A stretch of 64,000 bases of DNA from Heptranchias perlo (taxonomy: Eukaryota): contig NC_090340.1 in the NCBI RefSeq assembly GCF_035084215.1, forward strand, positions 2,914,001 to 2,978,000, given 5' to 3'. Both the position numbers and the translations under genes were made by a program. The notes under the pieces were generated by a model. The model made no database searches. It was not told where the DNA came from and worked only from the letters and a program-made list of their open reading frames with translations. How positions within the stretch are numbered: position 1 is the first letter of the stretch; every line of letters starts with the position of its first letter. Shown here piece after piece: positions 1 through 13,479 of this stretch.

Positions 1-1751
1 GAATAAAGAAATGGCAGACATGAAACAAATATGTTGTATCTGTCTTCACAGCATAAGGCACAAAAAGCATACCAAAAATATTGGAAAACAAAGGAGCAAA
101 TAAAAGTGAGGAACATTAAACAATTAATATCAGTAGAGAAAATTACTAGACAAACTAATGGGACTAAAAACCAACAAATTCGCTGGACCTGATAGCCTAC
201 ATCCTGGGGCTTTAAAAGAGGTGGCTGCAGAGATAAAGGATGCATTGGTTGTGATCTTCCAAATTTCCCTAGATTCTAAAATGGTTCCAGCGGATTGGAA
301 GGTAGCAAATGTAACGACACTTTTCAAGAAATAAGGGAGAAAGAAAACAGGGAACTGCATGCCAGTTCGCCAGACATCAGTCGTCGGGAAAATGCTAGAA
401 TCCATCATTAAGGAAGTTGTAACAGAACACTTAGTAAATCATAATATGATTAGGCAGAGCCGACATGGTTTTATGAAAGGGAAATCGTCTTTAACAAATT
501 TATTAGAGTTGCTTGAGAATGTAACTTCCAGGGTAGATAAAGGGGAACCAATGGATGCAGTATATTTAGATATTCAAAAGGCGTTCGATAAGGTGCCACA
601 TAAAGGTTGCTACGCTGGATAAGATTCATGGGATTAGGGATAATATATTAGCATGGATAGAAGATCGGTTAGCGGATAAGAACAGGCAGTAAGGGTAAAC
701 AGGTCATTTTCAGGTTGGTAGGCTGTAACTAGTGGAATGCCACAAGGATCAGTGCTGGGGCCTCAGCTATTTACAATCTATAGTAATTACTTAGGTAAAG
801 GGACCGAGTGTAACGTATGCAAATTTGCTGACGATACAAAGGTAGATCGGAAAGTAATCTGTGAAGATGAAAAATAGTCTGCAAAGAGATATAGACAAGT
901 GAATGGGCAAAAAGGTGACAGATGGAGTATAATATGAGGAAATGCGAGGTTATTCGCTTTGGTTGGAAGAATAGAAAAGCAGATTTTTTTTTTAAAATGG
1001 TGAGAAACAATTAAATGTGCAGAGATATCCGGGTGTCCTCATACAGGAAACACAGAATGTTAGCATGTAGGTACAGCAAGCAATTAGGAAGGTAAATGGT
1101 ATGTTGGCCTTTATTGCAGGGGGGTTGGAGTACAAAAGTAAGGAAGTCTTGCTACAATTGTGGAGGGCTTTGGTGAGACCATACCTGCAGTACTGTGTAC
1201 AGTTTTGGTCTCCTTATCTAAGGAAGGATAGAATTGCCTTGGAGGCGGTGCAACGAAGATTCCCTAGATTGATTCCTGGGATGAAAGGATTGTCCTGTGA
1301 GGAAAGATTAAGTAGAATGGGCCCATTCTCTCTGGAGTTTAGAAGAAAGAGTGGTGATCTCATTGAAACATATAAGATTCTGAGGGGGCTTGACAGGGCA
1401 GATACTAAGAAGTTGTTTCCTCTGGCTGGCGAGTCTAGAGCTCGGGGGCTTAGTCTCAGGATAAGGCGTCGGCCATTTAAGACTGGGATGAGGAGGAATT
1501 TCTTCACACGGAGGGTTATGAATCTTTGGAATTCTCTACCCCAGAGACTGTGGATGCTGAGTCATTGATTATATTCAAGGTTGAGATAGATAGCTTTTTG
1601 GACTCAAGGGAAATCAAAGCGTATGTGGATCGGGCGGGAAAGTGGAGTTGAGGCCATAGATCAGCCATGATCTTATTGAATGGCGGAGCGGGCTCGAGGG
1701 GCTGCATGGCCTATTACTGCTCCTATTTATTATGTTCTTTTGTTCTTATGA
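1..1751 (+). mobile_element. CR1 LINE, 3' part of ORF2 (RT) plus 3'UTR, degraded
   Basis: ORF fragments carry CR1 RT motifs (GFMKGKS.LTNLLE, YLDIQKAFDKVPH, ALVRPYLQYCVQFWSP, RNFFT.RV.NLWNSLP). Ends in a TTCTTATG-type tail at about 1731-1751. Confidence 0.93.
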
Positions 1752-1833
1752 AACAGATTGTGGTGGAATAAAATTCTGCTGCTGACGGACCACTGGGCTG
1801 CTTGTTTTTAGAAGCATGATCTGTTCTTATTCT
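1752..1833 (-). mobile_element. Fragment of the tRNA-headed EN-RT LINE family (left piece, continues at 4655)
   Basis: Reverse complement aligns by eye to about 56575-56665 (GGGCCATCAGCAGCAGCAGAATTGTATTCCA region). Confidence 0.6.
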
Positions 1834-4654
1834 GAGGGTAAAGAGCAAGATGATAACGAAGGAAAGAGTAGAATTTAATTGAGGCCAAAAAGATAACCTA
1901 CGTGTGGAGACAGAAGATGTGGGTATGATTCTTAATGAATACTTTCCGTCTGTCTTCTCAAAAGAGGGGGGTGATGCTAAGATTGTATTTAAGGAGGTGA
2001 AGGATTGTGAATTATTAGATGGGAAAAACATAGTGAAAGAGGAAGTATTAAGGGGTTTAGCATTTTTGAAAGTAGATAAATCGCCAGTCCCGGATGAAAT
2101 GTATCTCAGGCTGTTAAGAGAAGGAAGGGAGGATATAACAAATGCTCTGACCATCATTTTCCGATCCTCCCTGGCAACATGCGTGGCACCAGAGGATTGG
2201 AGGACTGCTAACGCTGTACCGTTGTCTAAAAAGGGAGAAAGAGCTAGACCAAGTAATTATAGGTCAGTCAGTCCAACCGCAGTGTTGGGCAAATTATTGG
2301 CATCAATTCTGAGGGACAGTATCAATCGTCATTTGGAAAAGCACGGATTAATCAAGGACAGTCAGCATTAGTTAAGGGAAGGTTGTGCCTGACTAACTTA
2401 TTGAAATTTTTGAGGCGGTAACAAGGAGGGTCGATGAGGGTATTGCATTTGATATCGTCTACATGGATTTTAGCAAGGCTTTTGACATAATCCCACGTGA
2501 CGGACTGGTCAAAAAAGTAAAAGTCCAAGGGATCCAAGGAAAAGTGGCTAGTTGGATCCAAAATTGGCTCAGTGGCAGGAAGCAAAGTGTTGATGGGTGT
2601 TTTTGCAACTGGAAGGCTGTTCCAAGTAGGGTTGCGCAACTCTCAGTACTGGGTCCCTTGCTTTTTGTGGTATATATTAATGATTTGCACTTGAATGTGG
2701 GGGCTTGATCAAGAAGTCTGCAGATGATACAAAAATTGGCCATGTTGTTGTTATTGAGGAGGAAAGCTGTAGACTGCAGGAAGATATCAATGGACTGGTC
2801 AGGTGGGCAGAAAAGTGGCAAATTGAATTCAATCCAGAGACGTGTGAGGTAATGCATTTGGGGAGGGTAAACAAGGCAAGGGAGTAGGCAATAAATGGGA
2901 GCGCACTATGAGGTGTAGAAGAACAAAGGGATCTTGGAGTACATGTCCACAGATCTCTGAAGGTAGCAGGACAGGTAGACAAGGTGGTTAATAAGGCATA
3001 TGGCATACTTTCCCTTATTAGCCGAGGCACAGAATATAAGAGAAGGGTGGTTATGCTAGATATGTATAAAACATTGGTTAGACTACAGCTTAATTACTGC
3101 ATACAGTTATGTTCACCACATTATAGGGAGGATGAGATTGCGCTAGAGAGGGTACAGAGGAGATTTAGGAGGATGTTGCCAGGGATGGAAAATTTTAGCT
3201 ATGAGAAAACATTGGATAGGCTGGATTTGTTTTCTTTGGTAAAGAGGAGGCTGAGGAGAGATTTAATTGAGGTATATAAAATTATGACGGGGCTAGATAG
3301 AATGGTTAGGGAGGACCCAATTCCCTTTTAACAGTTGGGTCAATGACCTGGGGACATAGAATTATAGTAATTGGTAGAAGGATTAGAGGGGAGCTGAGGA
3401 GAATTTTTTTCACTCAGAAGGTGGTGGGGGTCTGGAACTCACTGCCTGAAAGGATGGTTGAGGCAGAAACCCTCAACTCATGTAGAATTACTTGGATGTG
3501 CACTTCAATTGCTGTAACAAACAGGGCTATGGATCAAGTGCTTGGGCCTCAGCTATTCACAATATATATCAATGATTTGGAGGAGGAAACGAAATGTAAT
3601 ATTTCCAAGTTTGCTGAGGACACAAAACTAGGTTGGAAATTGATATGTGAGGAGGATGTAAAGAGTCTTCATGGTGATTGAGACAAGTTGAGTGAGTGGG
3701 CAAATACATGGCAGATGCAGTATAATGTGGATAAATGTGCAGTTATCCGCCTCAGAAGGAAAAACAGAAAGGCAGAATATTATTTAAATGGTGATAGATT
3801 GGGAAATATTGATGTTCAAAGGGACCTAGGTGTCCTTGTACACCAGTCACTGAAAGCAAACATGCAGATGCAGCAAGCAGTTCGGGCGGCAAATGGTATG
3901 TTGGCCTTCATTGCCAGACGATTTGAGTACAGGAGCAAGGATGTCTTATTACAGTTATACAGGGCCTTGGTGACCACACCTGAAGTATTGTTTGCAGTTT
4001 TGGTCTCCATACCTAAGAAAGGATATACCTGCCATCGAGGGAGTGCACGAAGGTTCACCAGACTGATTCATGGGATGGCAGGACTGTCGTATGAGGAGAG
4101 ATTGGGTCGACTCGGCTTATATTCACTCACGTTTAGAAGAATGAGAGGGGCTCTCATTGAACCATTGAAATATATAAAATTTTGACAGCGCTAAACAGAC
4201 TGCATGCAGGGAGGATGTTTCCCCTGGCTGAGGTGTCAATAACGAGGTGTCACAGTATCAGGATACGGGGTAGGACATTTAGGACTGAGATGAGGAGCTA
4301 TTTCTTCACTTAGAGCGTGGTGAACCTGTTGAATTCTCTACCACAAAAGGCTGTGGATGCCAAGTCACTGAGCATATTTAAGAAGGAGCTAGATAGATTT
4401 CTGGACACAAAAGGCATCAAGGGGTATGGGAAGACAGCAGTGATATCGTATTGAGATATAGGATCAGCCATTATCATATTGAATACGGAGCAGGCTCGAA
4501 GGGTCGAATGGCCTACTCCTGCTCCTATTTTCCATGTTTCTATGTTCTATGGAAAGTGGGATTAAGCTGGATAGCTCTTTTTCGGCCTGCACGGACATGA
4601 TGGGCCAAATGGCCTCCTCCTGTGCCGTAAAGTTCAATGATGCTATGATTCTAT
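1834..4654 (+). mobile_element. 5'-truncated CR1 LINE (ORF2 RT plus 3'UTR), interrupted in its 3'UTR by a nested CR1 at 3543-4550
   Basis: RT fragments DKSPVPDEMY.RLLRE, NYRSVS, MDFSKAFD, ADDTKIG, FNPETCEVMH. The 3'UTR resumes at 4551 (GGAAAGTGGGATT) and ends in an ATTCTAT-like tail. Confidence 0.9.
3543..4550 (+). mobile_element. Nested 5'-truncated CR1 LINE
   Basis: [22 protein letters not shown] and WQMQYNVDKC motifs. TTTCTATG-type tail at about 4528-4550. Confidence 0.9.
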
Positions 4655-4845
4655 CCCACTTTGCATGGTTGTAGTGTCACACAACATGATGGAGACTGCC
4701 GTAATGTGAAGGAGGGACTTGGTTTCCATAAGAACTCTGCGGTGAACACTCCTACCAATACTTCATGGACAAATGCATTTGCGACGTGTAGAGACGTCAA
4801 GTAGTTTATTCCCGCATGTTGCAACATGTCTCTGGATTATTAGTA
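4655..4845 (-). mobile_element. Fragment of the tRNA-headed EN-RT LINE family (right piece, internally deleted)
   Basis: Reverse complement matches about 56390-56570 by eye. 4826-4845 (TACTAATAATCCAGAGACATG on minus) resembles the head region at 34745-34785. Confidence 0.55.
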
Positions 4846-7800
4846 TCGACCCACCAACATTGTTAAGTCACCAGCTACTGCAGGAACCTCGCTGTAAGTA
4901 AATATTTCAAACATCATCATAATTTTACCATGCCCACTAGCTTATAGAAATGGCTACTACCTTTTAGAAAGGACACACAATTTTCTCACCCCATCTCAGC
5001 AATACTGTCTGTATGAACTGGTCTTGTACCTACACCAGTGTTAGTACAATACGCCCCCTTATGGCTGTAAGAATGTAGGCTGTAATAGTTCATAAGGGCT
5101 TCATGAGATTCTCCTGATTGGCGACCTCTGGGAACTCGGACCTGAGAGAGCCCAGATGGAGATGGTCTGACCTAATTGGTTTTCTGGGTTCAGGGCGTTG
5201 CGAGCGTGCAGAAGAGTAGCCACCATAAGATAATGCGCCAGTCTCATCAAAGGACTAATAATTATACTGCGCTGAAGCTCAGCACACCTATTTATCTGAC
5301 GGCGTGCAGACTCTAGGCGATCTGACTGAATCCTTTATCTATTTGCCTTCCCAGCAGCCCAAGTCATCGAAATGGCTGAGCCCAGAGCGTGTATGGCCCC
5401 AGTCTGAACAGCCCTGAGAAATGCAGTTACTATTGTCGCAGACTCCTGCAGCGTGGGAGTCAACTGCAGTGGCCATCCTGGTGATCACACATTCTACGCT
5501 TGGAAACTCCATACAAGTTGATCGTGAAATCAACCATAATGCCCGATCAATTTTCATCAGTTCAATTTATAAGAATAGGTAGAGTAGGTAGAATAGCCAG
5601 CACCTTATCGAGCTGGACAACTGTAGTGTTGGAAGGGTTAATTGAGCTACGATAGTCAGTGCAATGTAAAGGTACAATTAGTCTGACATTGAATACAACT
5701 GACAAGAATACAGGGAAGCATATTTTTACTATGGCCTGAAGCCAGAACGTCTGTGTTTAGGTTGGGAGTATGTGAGAATAATAGACATTTTCTTTAATAG
5801 ATATCTGCACGAGATAATGAAGTGAAGGCCATTAGGGTAAGATGCAGTCAGCAATGGGTGAAGTTTAGCAGAGAACATTAAACAGATGATCATATACGCC
5901 ACGTATGTGTATATGTAGGGTTGAGATAATAACACTAATAACGTGACAGCTAAAATATATGCACGCAAAAGTACTGTGACGACGACCTCATGAGTACTGC
6001 ATGTACTGAGTTATATTAGTTTTATTCATTAATAAACATTGTTAACCAGGCGTCCAGCTATCTTCTGAGTGTACACACTTGTAATGGAAGGATAAGGGTA
6101 ATCCAAAAAGGCAACAACATGCATTCAGCAATTTCTGTTGGCACAACAATTATTTCCATTGAAATGCTGGGTTCTTGACGTCTGCTGCTCTGTCCTCTTA
6201 GGCCATGAGCTGACCCTTGGTTTAGCTCTTCCCGTGACCATTCTTGTCATATTCATCTGGTCCTGCTCCCTTGTGCTCACTGAATCCCCCGCTATAACTC
6301 AATAGCTAAGTCAGGTATAATGCCGATATTTGTGCTAGTGCTTGGCAGGGTAAGACTCAGTGACATTGCATTGCCATTAAGTTTTTCATCATTAGTCTGT
6401 CTCGCACTGGTGATTGAGACTTCCAATTGACGTCGAAGAAGGGGAGAGAGGCAAGGGTTATAGATTTAAGGATAAGCACTAACACATCAATGACAATGCA
6501 CTGGAAAACCAAGTTGTCATTTTCATTGTGTGTCTGTGTGAGTTTGTTGCAGAAAGAAGTGAGTGTAAAGAGAAAAGAAAGGAAATATGCCAATCGGTAA
6601 AACTGTGTTAGGCCTTCACCCTTTCTAACTCCACCCCTGGGTAAGGTGTATTCTTGCGTACTATCTCTAAATGTGTTATAATAATAGGACGTTACCTAAC
6701 TAATAGTAACCTGGTATGGACCAGCTATCGATAACGGTTTAGAAAAAGGGATCCCAAGAACAGAAGAGGCAGAAAAACAGATGCATTTTCAATTTACTCT
6801 CCTTTAAATAGGTAATGCTGCTTTGATTGCACACTATATAATAGCTACATTTTTCAATAGTTAATAAACAGATAATCTGATAATAATACTGGTTTAATCT
6901 GAAGAGATGTCTTCTTTCTCTTTGTTTGGCGGTCTTCGCGATTCAGGCTGGCCATTTTCGATGTTTCTTTGTCTGACGGTTCAAAGGTTGACTGCTCTCC
7001 TGTTGGATGGTTAGCTCTATATGTTCCATTTGTTTATATACAAAGTTCTGTGAATCTAAAGAGTCTTATCCTTAGAACAAACATATAGTTTCTACTTACC
7101 ACAGTTTCAACAGTGGGACACAGATATTCACAACTGATCTATAATACTTCTTTGTTATTCTCTCTCAAGTTTCTTTCAATTGAATTGATGGCTTTGTCAG
7201 AGTTAATTATTATTTCTTTCAAGGCTCTTGCTATAAAGCTTTCTGTTTCAATAGGTTTACATGTTTCGTGAATTCCTGCTGTTTGCAACCAGCTCTAAGT
7301 AATGCAATTATATTAAGCAAATGCAAATTACAACTATACAAAATACAACTAGGTTACCTGATTAACAAAATAGGGTGCAGATTACAATTATACATTAAAA
7401 CAGTCTGTTCCTATGATGCCAATGATGGACTATTCCCTGGGCATGAGTACTTGTAGTGTGTCAGGACCTCTGCTTGTGCTGATTGGTTGCTTCCTTCCTG
7501 TTGTGTATTGGCGTAATATGTAGCCTGGGCAAGGGCTTTGAACCCTCACCATTTGTCACTCAGTTTACCATAGTATGCATGAGGATAGGAAGAATGAAAT
7601 AATTGGGGCAAGATAAAGAAATAGCTCTGAGAGCAGCATCAGCTGTTGATGGCGTGAGTGCAAGCAAAAGGCAGATGCAGTAAGGCCTTCTCTACTGACT
7701 TATGGGCAGCTACAACAATTGGGTTGCAAACGATTGATAATGCTGAGGTGAAGGTAAAGTTCTGCAGGGCTGTGTGGAATGTATCAGGGAAATGAAGGAG

Positions 7801-8394
7801 AGCTTTACATTAGCACTGCTGCTGAGACCATTAAGTCCAGTAATTCCCATGGGTATTGGGTTGAATTTTTGCTGTAACATCCGTGGAGAATTGGGAAAAT
7901 CCTGTCGAAATTATACCCACAAATGTTATTCTGCACTGCAGCCAGGTCCTAGAGATAATACTGATAACATAGTGCGTGGTGCCATCTCATGCCATGCCTA
8001 TTCGACAACTGACCTTAGTGCCCGCCGACTATCGCTGGGGAAGAGGACCTCCTTGCTGTTTAGAATTGATTACACCAGTATCTACATGGCTGTATCTGAA
8101 ACCCTTGGACCTGAAAGGGGCTGTACGTGGCTTCAAACATCCTGAAGCGTCACCACGTTGTTTCCTTGTATTGGCCAAAAAAATGCACCTTCTCTTTACG
8201 CTGCTACAGCCCTTAAGAGCTTTCAGCCGAACCTGATTTCCCATTTCCAATCGGCGAAATACCTATAGGAAGCGCGTTTCGTGTTGGGAGTTCACCTCAG
8301 CCTGCAAATTCGGGGCAACATAGAAACTAGAAAGGGTCTACAGTCTCCTCCTCCCATTTGCAGTTGCTCTCACCCAACTAACCTACCCTCCATT

Positions 8395-8810
8395 GACAAC
8401 AACAACATGCTCTGATATAGCGCCTTTAACTTAATAAAACGTCCCAAGGCTCTTCACAGGAGCCTAATCAGACAACAAAATTCACACCGAGCCAAAGAAG
8501 GAGGCATTAGGGTAAGTGCCCAAAAGCTGGTCAAAGTGCAAAGTATTATGGAGGGTCTTAAAGGAGGAGAGAAGGTAGATTGTACATCGGGAGGTTTAGG
8601 GAGCGAATTCCAGTGCTTAGAGACTAGACAGCTGATGGCACGTTCGGAAATGTTGGGTCGAAAGAGGTCGGCGATGTACAAGTGGCCGGAATTGGAGGAA
8701 TGCAGAGTTCTCCAACGATTGTAGGACTGGCACAGCTTGCAGAAAAAGGGAGGGGCGGGGCCATGGAGGAATTGAACACAAGGATGTGAACTTTAAATTG
8801 TTGCACCGAG
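8395..8810 (-). mobile_element. L2-like LINE 3' end fragment
   Basis: The minus strand ends ...CCTTGGGACGTTTTATTAAGTTAAAGGCGCTATATC...(TTG)n. The encoded remnant includes HWNSLPK. Confidence 0.6.
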
Positions 8811-9103
8811 AGAGCAAACTCGGCCTCATTGTTTCACAGCAGAGAGCAATTTGAGTCGATGATCACCTGGATGTTAAGCATCCACTACAGTGGAGCGCAG
8901 AAAGCAAAATCCGGCGGGTTTTGTTAGGTGCATGCAAACATCCCGCCGGATTTCCCTTCCATTCATTTCAGTGAAAGGGAAATCGGGTGAGCTCTGATAC
9001 TGGCGTGCGACCACCCTCCACCCCGTCCCTTTCCCATTTATCCTTTCGGCGCTTCATCCAAGGGTAATTAACGACCAGGTGGTGAAGATTAAAACTACTT
9101 GAT

Positions 9104-12100
9104 AGAACATAAGAACATAAGAAATAGTAGCAGGAGTAGGCTATCCGGCCCCTCGAGTCTGCTCCACCATTCAAAAAAAATCATGGCTAATCTTCTACCT
9201 CAATGCCATTTTCTTGCACCATCCACATATGCCTTGTTGCCTTTAATATCTCGAAATCTATCGATATCTGTTTGAATGCCCTCAATGACTGAGTCTCCAC
9301 AGCCCTCTGGGGTGGAGAATTCCTAACATTCATCACCCTCTGAGTGAAGAAATTTCTCCTTTTCTCAGTCCTAAATGGCCTACCCCTTATTCTGAGATTG
9401 TGACGTCTGGTTCTTGACTCCCCAGCCAGGGGTAACATACTCCCTGCATCTATCCTGTCGAGCCCTGTTAGGATTTTGTATGTTTCAATGAGATCACCTC
9501 TCATTCTTCTAAACGCTAGAGAATACAGACCTAGTCTACTCAATCTGTCCTCATGCAACATTCCCCCCATCCCAAGAATCAGTCTGGGGAACCTTCGTTG
9601 CACTCCCTCTACGGCAAGTATATCCTTTCTTAGGTAAGGAGACCAAAATTGTACACAATTTTCCACGTGCGGTCTCACCTAGGCCCTATATAATTGCATG
9701 AAGACATCGTTACTCCTTTCCTCAAATCCTCTTGTATTAAAGGCCAACATACCATTTGCCTTCCGAATTGCTTGCTGCACCTGCATGTTAGCTTTCAGTG
9801 ACTCATGTACAGGACATCCAGGTCCCTTTGAACATCAATATTTCCCAATCTCTTACCATTTAAAAAATACTCTGCATTTCTGTTGTTCCTACCAAAGCTG
9901 ATAACTTCATATTTTCCACATTATATTCCATCTGCCATGTTCTTGTCCACTCACTTAGCCTGCCTATATCGCATTGAAACTTCTTTTCATCCTCCTCACA
10001 ACTCACATTCCAACCTAGCTTTGTGTCATCAACAAATTGAAAATATTAAATTTGGATATAGATTGTGAATAGCTGGAATCCAAGCGCTGATCCCCGCGGT
10101 ACCCCACTAGTCACAGTCTGCCAACCTGAAAAAGACCCGTTTATTCCTACTCTCTGTTATCTGTCTGTTAACCAATTCTCAATCCATGCCAGTATATTAC
10201 CCCCAATTCCATCACAACTAACTTAGTTCACCAACCTCCTGTGTGGGACCATATCGAAAGACTTCTGAAAATACAAATACACCATATCCACTGGTCCCCC
10301 CTTATTTATTTTACTAGTTACATCCTCAAAGAACTCCAATAGGTTTGTTAAACATGATTTCCCTTTCATAAATCCATGCTGACTCTGCCAAATCCTATTA
10401 TTATTTTCTAAGTGCCCTGTTATCACATCCTTAATAATAGATTCTTGCATTTTCCCTACTACTGATGTCAGGCTAACAACTTTGCATTTCCCTGTTTTCT
10501 CTGTCCCTCCTTTCATAAATAGTGGGGTTACATTTGCTCCCCTCCAATCTGCATGAACCATTCCAGAATCTATAGAATGTTGAAAGATGGCAAGCAATGC
10601 ATCTACTATCTCTACAGCCACCTCTTTCAAAATCCTAGGATGTGGATCATCAGGTCCTTGGGATTTATCGATTTTCAGTCCCAGTGATTTCTCTATTATT
10701 ATTTTTTACCAATACTAATTTAATTTCCTCATTCTCGTCAGACCCTCAGTTCTCTATTATTTCTGGGAGGTTTTTTTGTGCCTTCTTCCGTGAAGACAGA
10801 CACAAAGTAATTGTTTAATTTCTCTGCCATTTCTTTAATCCCCAATATAAATTCTCCCATCTCTGTCTGTAAGGGACCCATATTTGCCTTCACGAGTCTT
10901 TTTCTTTTTGTATACCTATAGAAGCTTTTACAGCCCATTTTGATGTTTCTCCCTAGTTTATTCTCATATTCTATTTTCCCTTTCTTTATCATGGGAACAT
11001 AGGAACATAGGTACAGGAGTAGGCCATTCAGCCCCTCGTGCCTGCTCCGCCATTTGATAAGATCATGGCTGATCTGTGATCTAGCTCCATATACCTGCCT
11101 TTGGCCCATATCCCTTAATACCATTGGTTGCCAAAAAGCTATCTATCTCACATTTAAATTTAGCAAATAAATTTATCAATTTCTTGGTCCTCCTTTGCTG
11201 AATTCTAAAATACTCCTAATCCTCAGGCTTACTGCCTTTTCTCACAACTTTATATGCCTCTTCCTTTGATTTAATACTATCTTTAATTTCTCTTGCTATC
11301 CGCGTTTGGACCACTTTTCCTGTTGGGTTTTTTGCCTTAAAGGAATATATATTTATTGCAAATTATGTATTAATTCTTTAAATGCTACCCATTGCCTGTC
11401 TAACATCGTACCTTTTAATGTAGTTCCCCAATCAACCACAACCAACCTGCACCTCATACCTTCGTACTTTCCTTTGTTTAGATTTAAGCCCCAATTTCGG
11501 ATTGAAGTACATCGCTTTCAAACTATCATATTATGGTCACTCTTCCCTAAGGGTTCCTTTACAACAAGCTTATTAATTAACCCTTTTGTCATTACACAAT
11601 ACGAGATATAAAATAGTCTGTTTCCTAGTTGGCTCCTCTACATATTGAGCTAGAAAACCACCTCCTATACATTCCAGGAATTCGCCCCCCTGCAGCATTA
11701 GTGCTAATTTGGTTTGCCCAATATCTATGTAGATTAAAGTCCCATATGATTACTCTATTACCCTTGATGTATGCATTTCTAATTTCCTTCCTTATACTGT
11801 GCCCTACATTATCATTACTCTATGGTGGCCTATAAACAACTCCCACCAACATTTTCTGCCTCTTGCTGTTTCTTAGCTCCACACAAACTGATTCTACATC
11901 TTGATCTTCGAGCCAAGATCCTGCCTCAATATTGTACTGATCTCATCCTTTATTAACAGCGCTACTCCAGCTGATTTTCCTTTTAGCCGGTCCTTCCTAA
12001 ATGTCAAATATCCTTGAATGTTCAGTTCCCAGCCTTGGTCACCCTGCAGCCACGACTCCGTGATGACAATTAGATCTTACCCATTTCATTCTATTGGTGC

Positions 12101-12960
12101 CATCGATTCATCTACCATGTTGCGAATGCTGCGTCAATTCAGATAAAATGCCTTTAATTTTGCCTTTTTAACCTTTTCTTCCTATTTTGACTTTATTTGC
12201 TGCTTGCTTTTTTTTCCGCTGCCTTCCAATTTCACTTACTACTTTTCTGCCGTCCACTTCCAGCTTTGTTACACTACCTTCAGAATCCCATCCCCCTGCC
12301 AAGTTAGTTTAAGCCCTTCCCAACAGCACTAGCAAACCTCCCTGCAAGGGTATTGGTCCCCGCCCTGTTGTGGCGCAACCTGTCCAGCTTGTATAGGTTC
12401 CACCTCCCCCAGAACCGGTCCCAATGCCCCAGGAGTCTAAAGCCCTCCCTCCTGCACCATCTTTCCAGACACTCATTCATATGCTCTCTCCTCCTCATTT
12501 TATGCTCATTAGTGCGTGGCACTGGGAGTAATCCAGAGATTACTACCTTTGAGGTTCTGCTTCTTAATCTCTTTCCTAACTCCTTAATCTCTGCCTGCAG
12601 GACCTCATCCCTCTTTCTACCTATATAGTTGGTACGGATATGGACCACGACCTCTGTTCACCCTCACCCCAGCAGTCGCTCATCCTTGACCCTAGCACCA
12701 GGGAGGCAACATACCATCCTGGATTCACCTCCGCGGCCGCAGAAACGCCTGCCTGCTCCCTTAACTATGGAATCCCCTATCACTATTACTCTCCCGACGT
12801 TTCTCCTCCCCCACCCTCCGTACAACTGCGCCACTCATGTTGCTATGGTCTTGGCTCTGGCTGCACTCCGCAGAGGAACCCTCTCCCTCACCTGTATTCA
12901 GAACATAACGCTACAGAAATAAAACCACTTACTTTTCTCTTCACATAATACACTTACCTA
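9104..12960 (-). mobile_element. Near full-length degraded CR1 LINE (ORF1 esterase remnant, ORF2 EN-RT, TTCTTATG tail)
   Basis: ORF1 SGNH-esterase remnant 12304-12648 (HIRTN, SKVVISGLLPVP, GHWDRFWGRW). RT remnants at 10223-10630 and 9187-9678. Tail (CATAAGAA)n at 9104-9123. Confidence 0.92.
10992..11171 (-). mobile_element. Short CR1 3'-end insertion nested in CR1, with 7-bp TSD
   Basis: TTCCTATG-type tail. TTTATCA is duplicated at 10985-10991 and 11172-11178. The 3'UTR is of the same family as 31690-31855. Confidence 0.8.
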
Positions 12961-13381
12961 CTCAGCATACGTTGTGGAATTTATTGTTTATAAATTTGGG
13001 CCCTTGAAGTTAAATTAAGATTATAGCAATACAGTGAAGATGCGATACATTTTATGTTCAGCGCGTTTGTGGTTATTGCGACTTAACCTGATCCCTGAAC
13101 TATAAATGGAAGTATACTGCCTCCTATTGTTCACTGTTTGGAACTGTTATTGTTTCCCATTCGATCTGCTTAATATTTACAAAAGCCACAACAGATGAAA
13201 AATTAAATAATCGACTACAACCGAAATGAATTAAAATAATATCGTTCATTAAAATAAGGATTATATCCCGCCACAAGCAGCAATACATCGCTGAGACAAT
13301 GAACTCAAAGCAAGGTTTTCAAGAGTATCAAAATAGTTTGCGTTCTTAAATTTGTAATACTACATAAGCTTAGTTCTTTTT

Positions 13382-13479
13382 TTATGCTGTTTTCAGCTCC
13401 ATCTGTACAGACCGTATTTTTCCCTTTCCTGTTCTGCAGAGCCAGCAGCACGAATCAATTGGCCGGTTCCTAAACGAAT
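13382..13479 (-). CDS. Gene A putative last (cytoplasmic) exon, two candidate acceptors
   Basis: Acceptor TTCTTTTATAG| at 13479 gives R-F-V-stop (TAG 13470-13472). The downstream acceptor GTTTAG| at 13469 gives RNRPIDSCCWLCRTGKGKIRSVQMELKTA-stop (TAA 13382-13384). Both fit the phase-2 donor of the TM exon. Confidence 0.45.
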
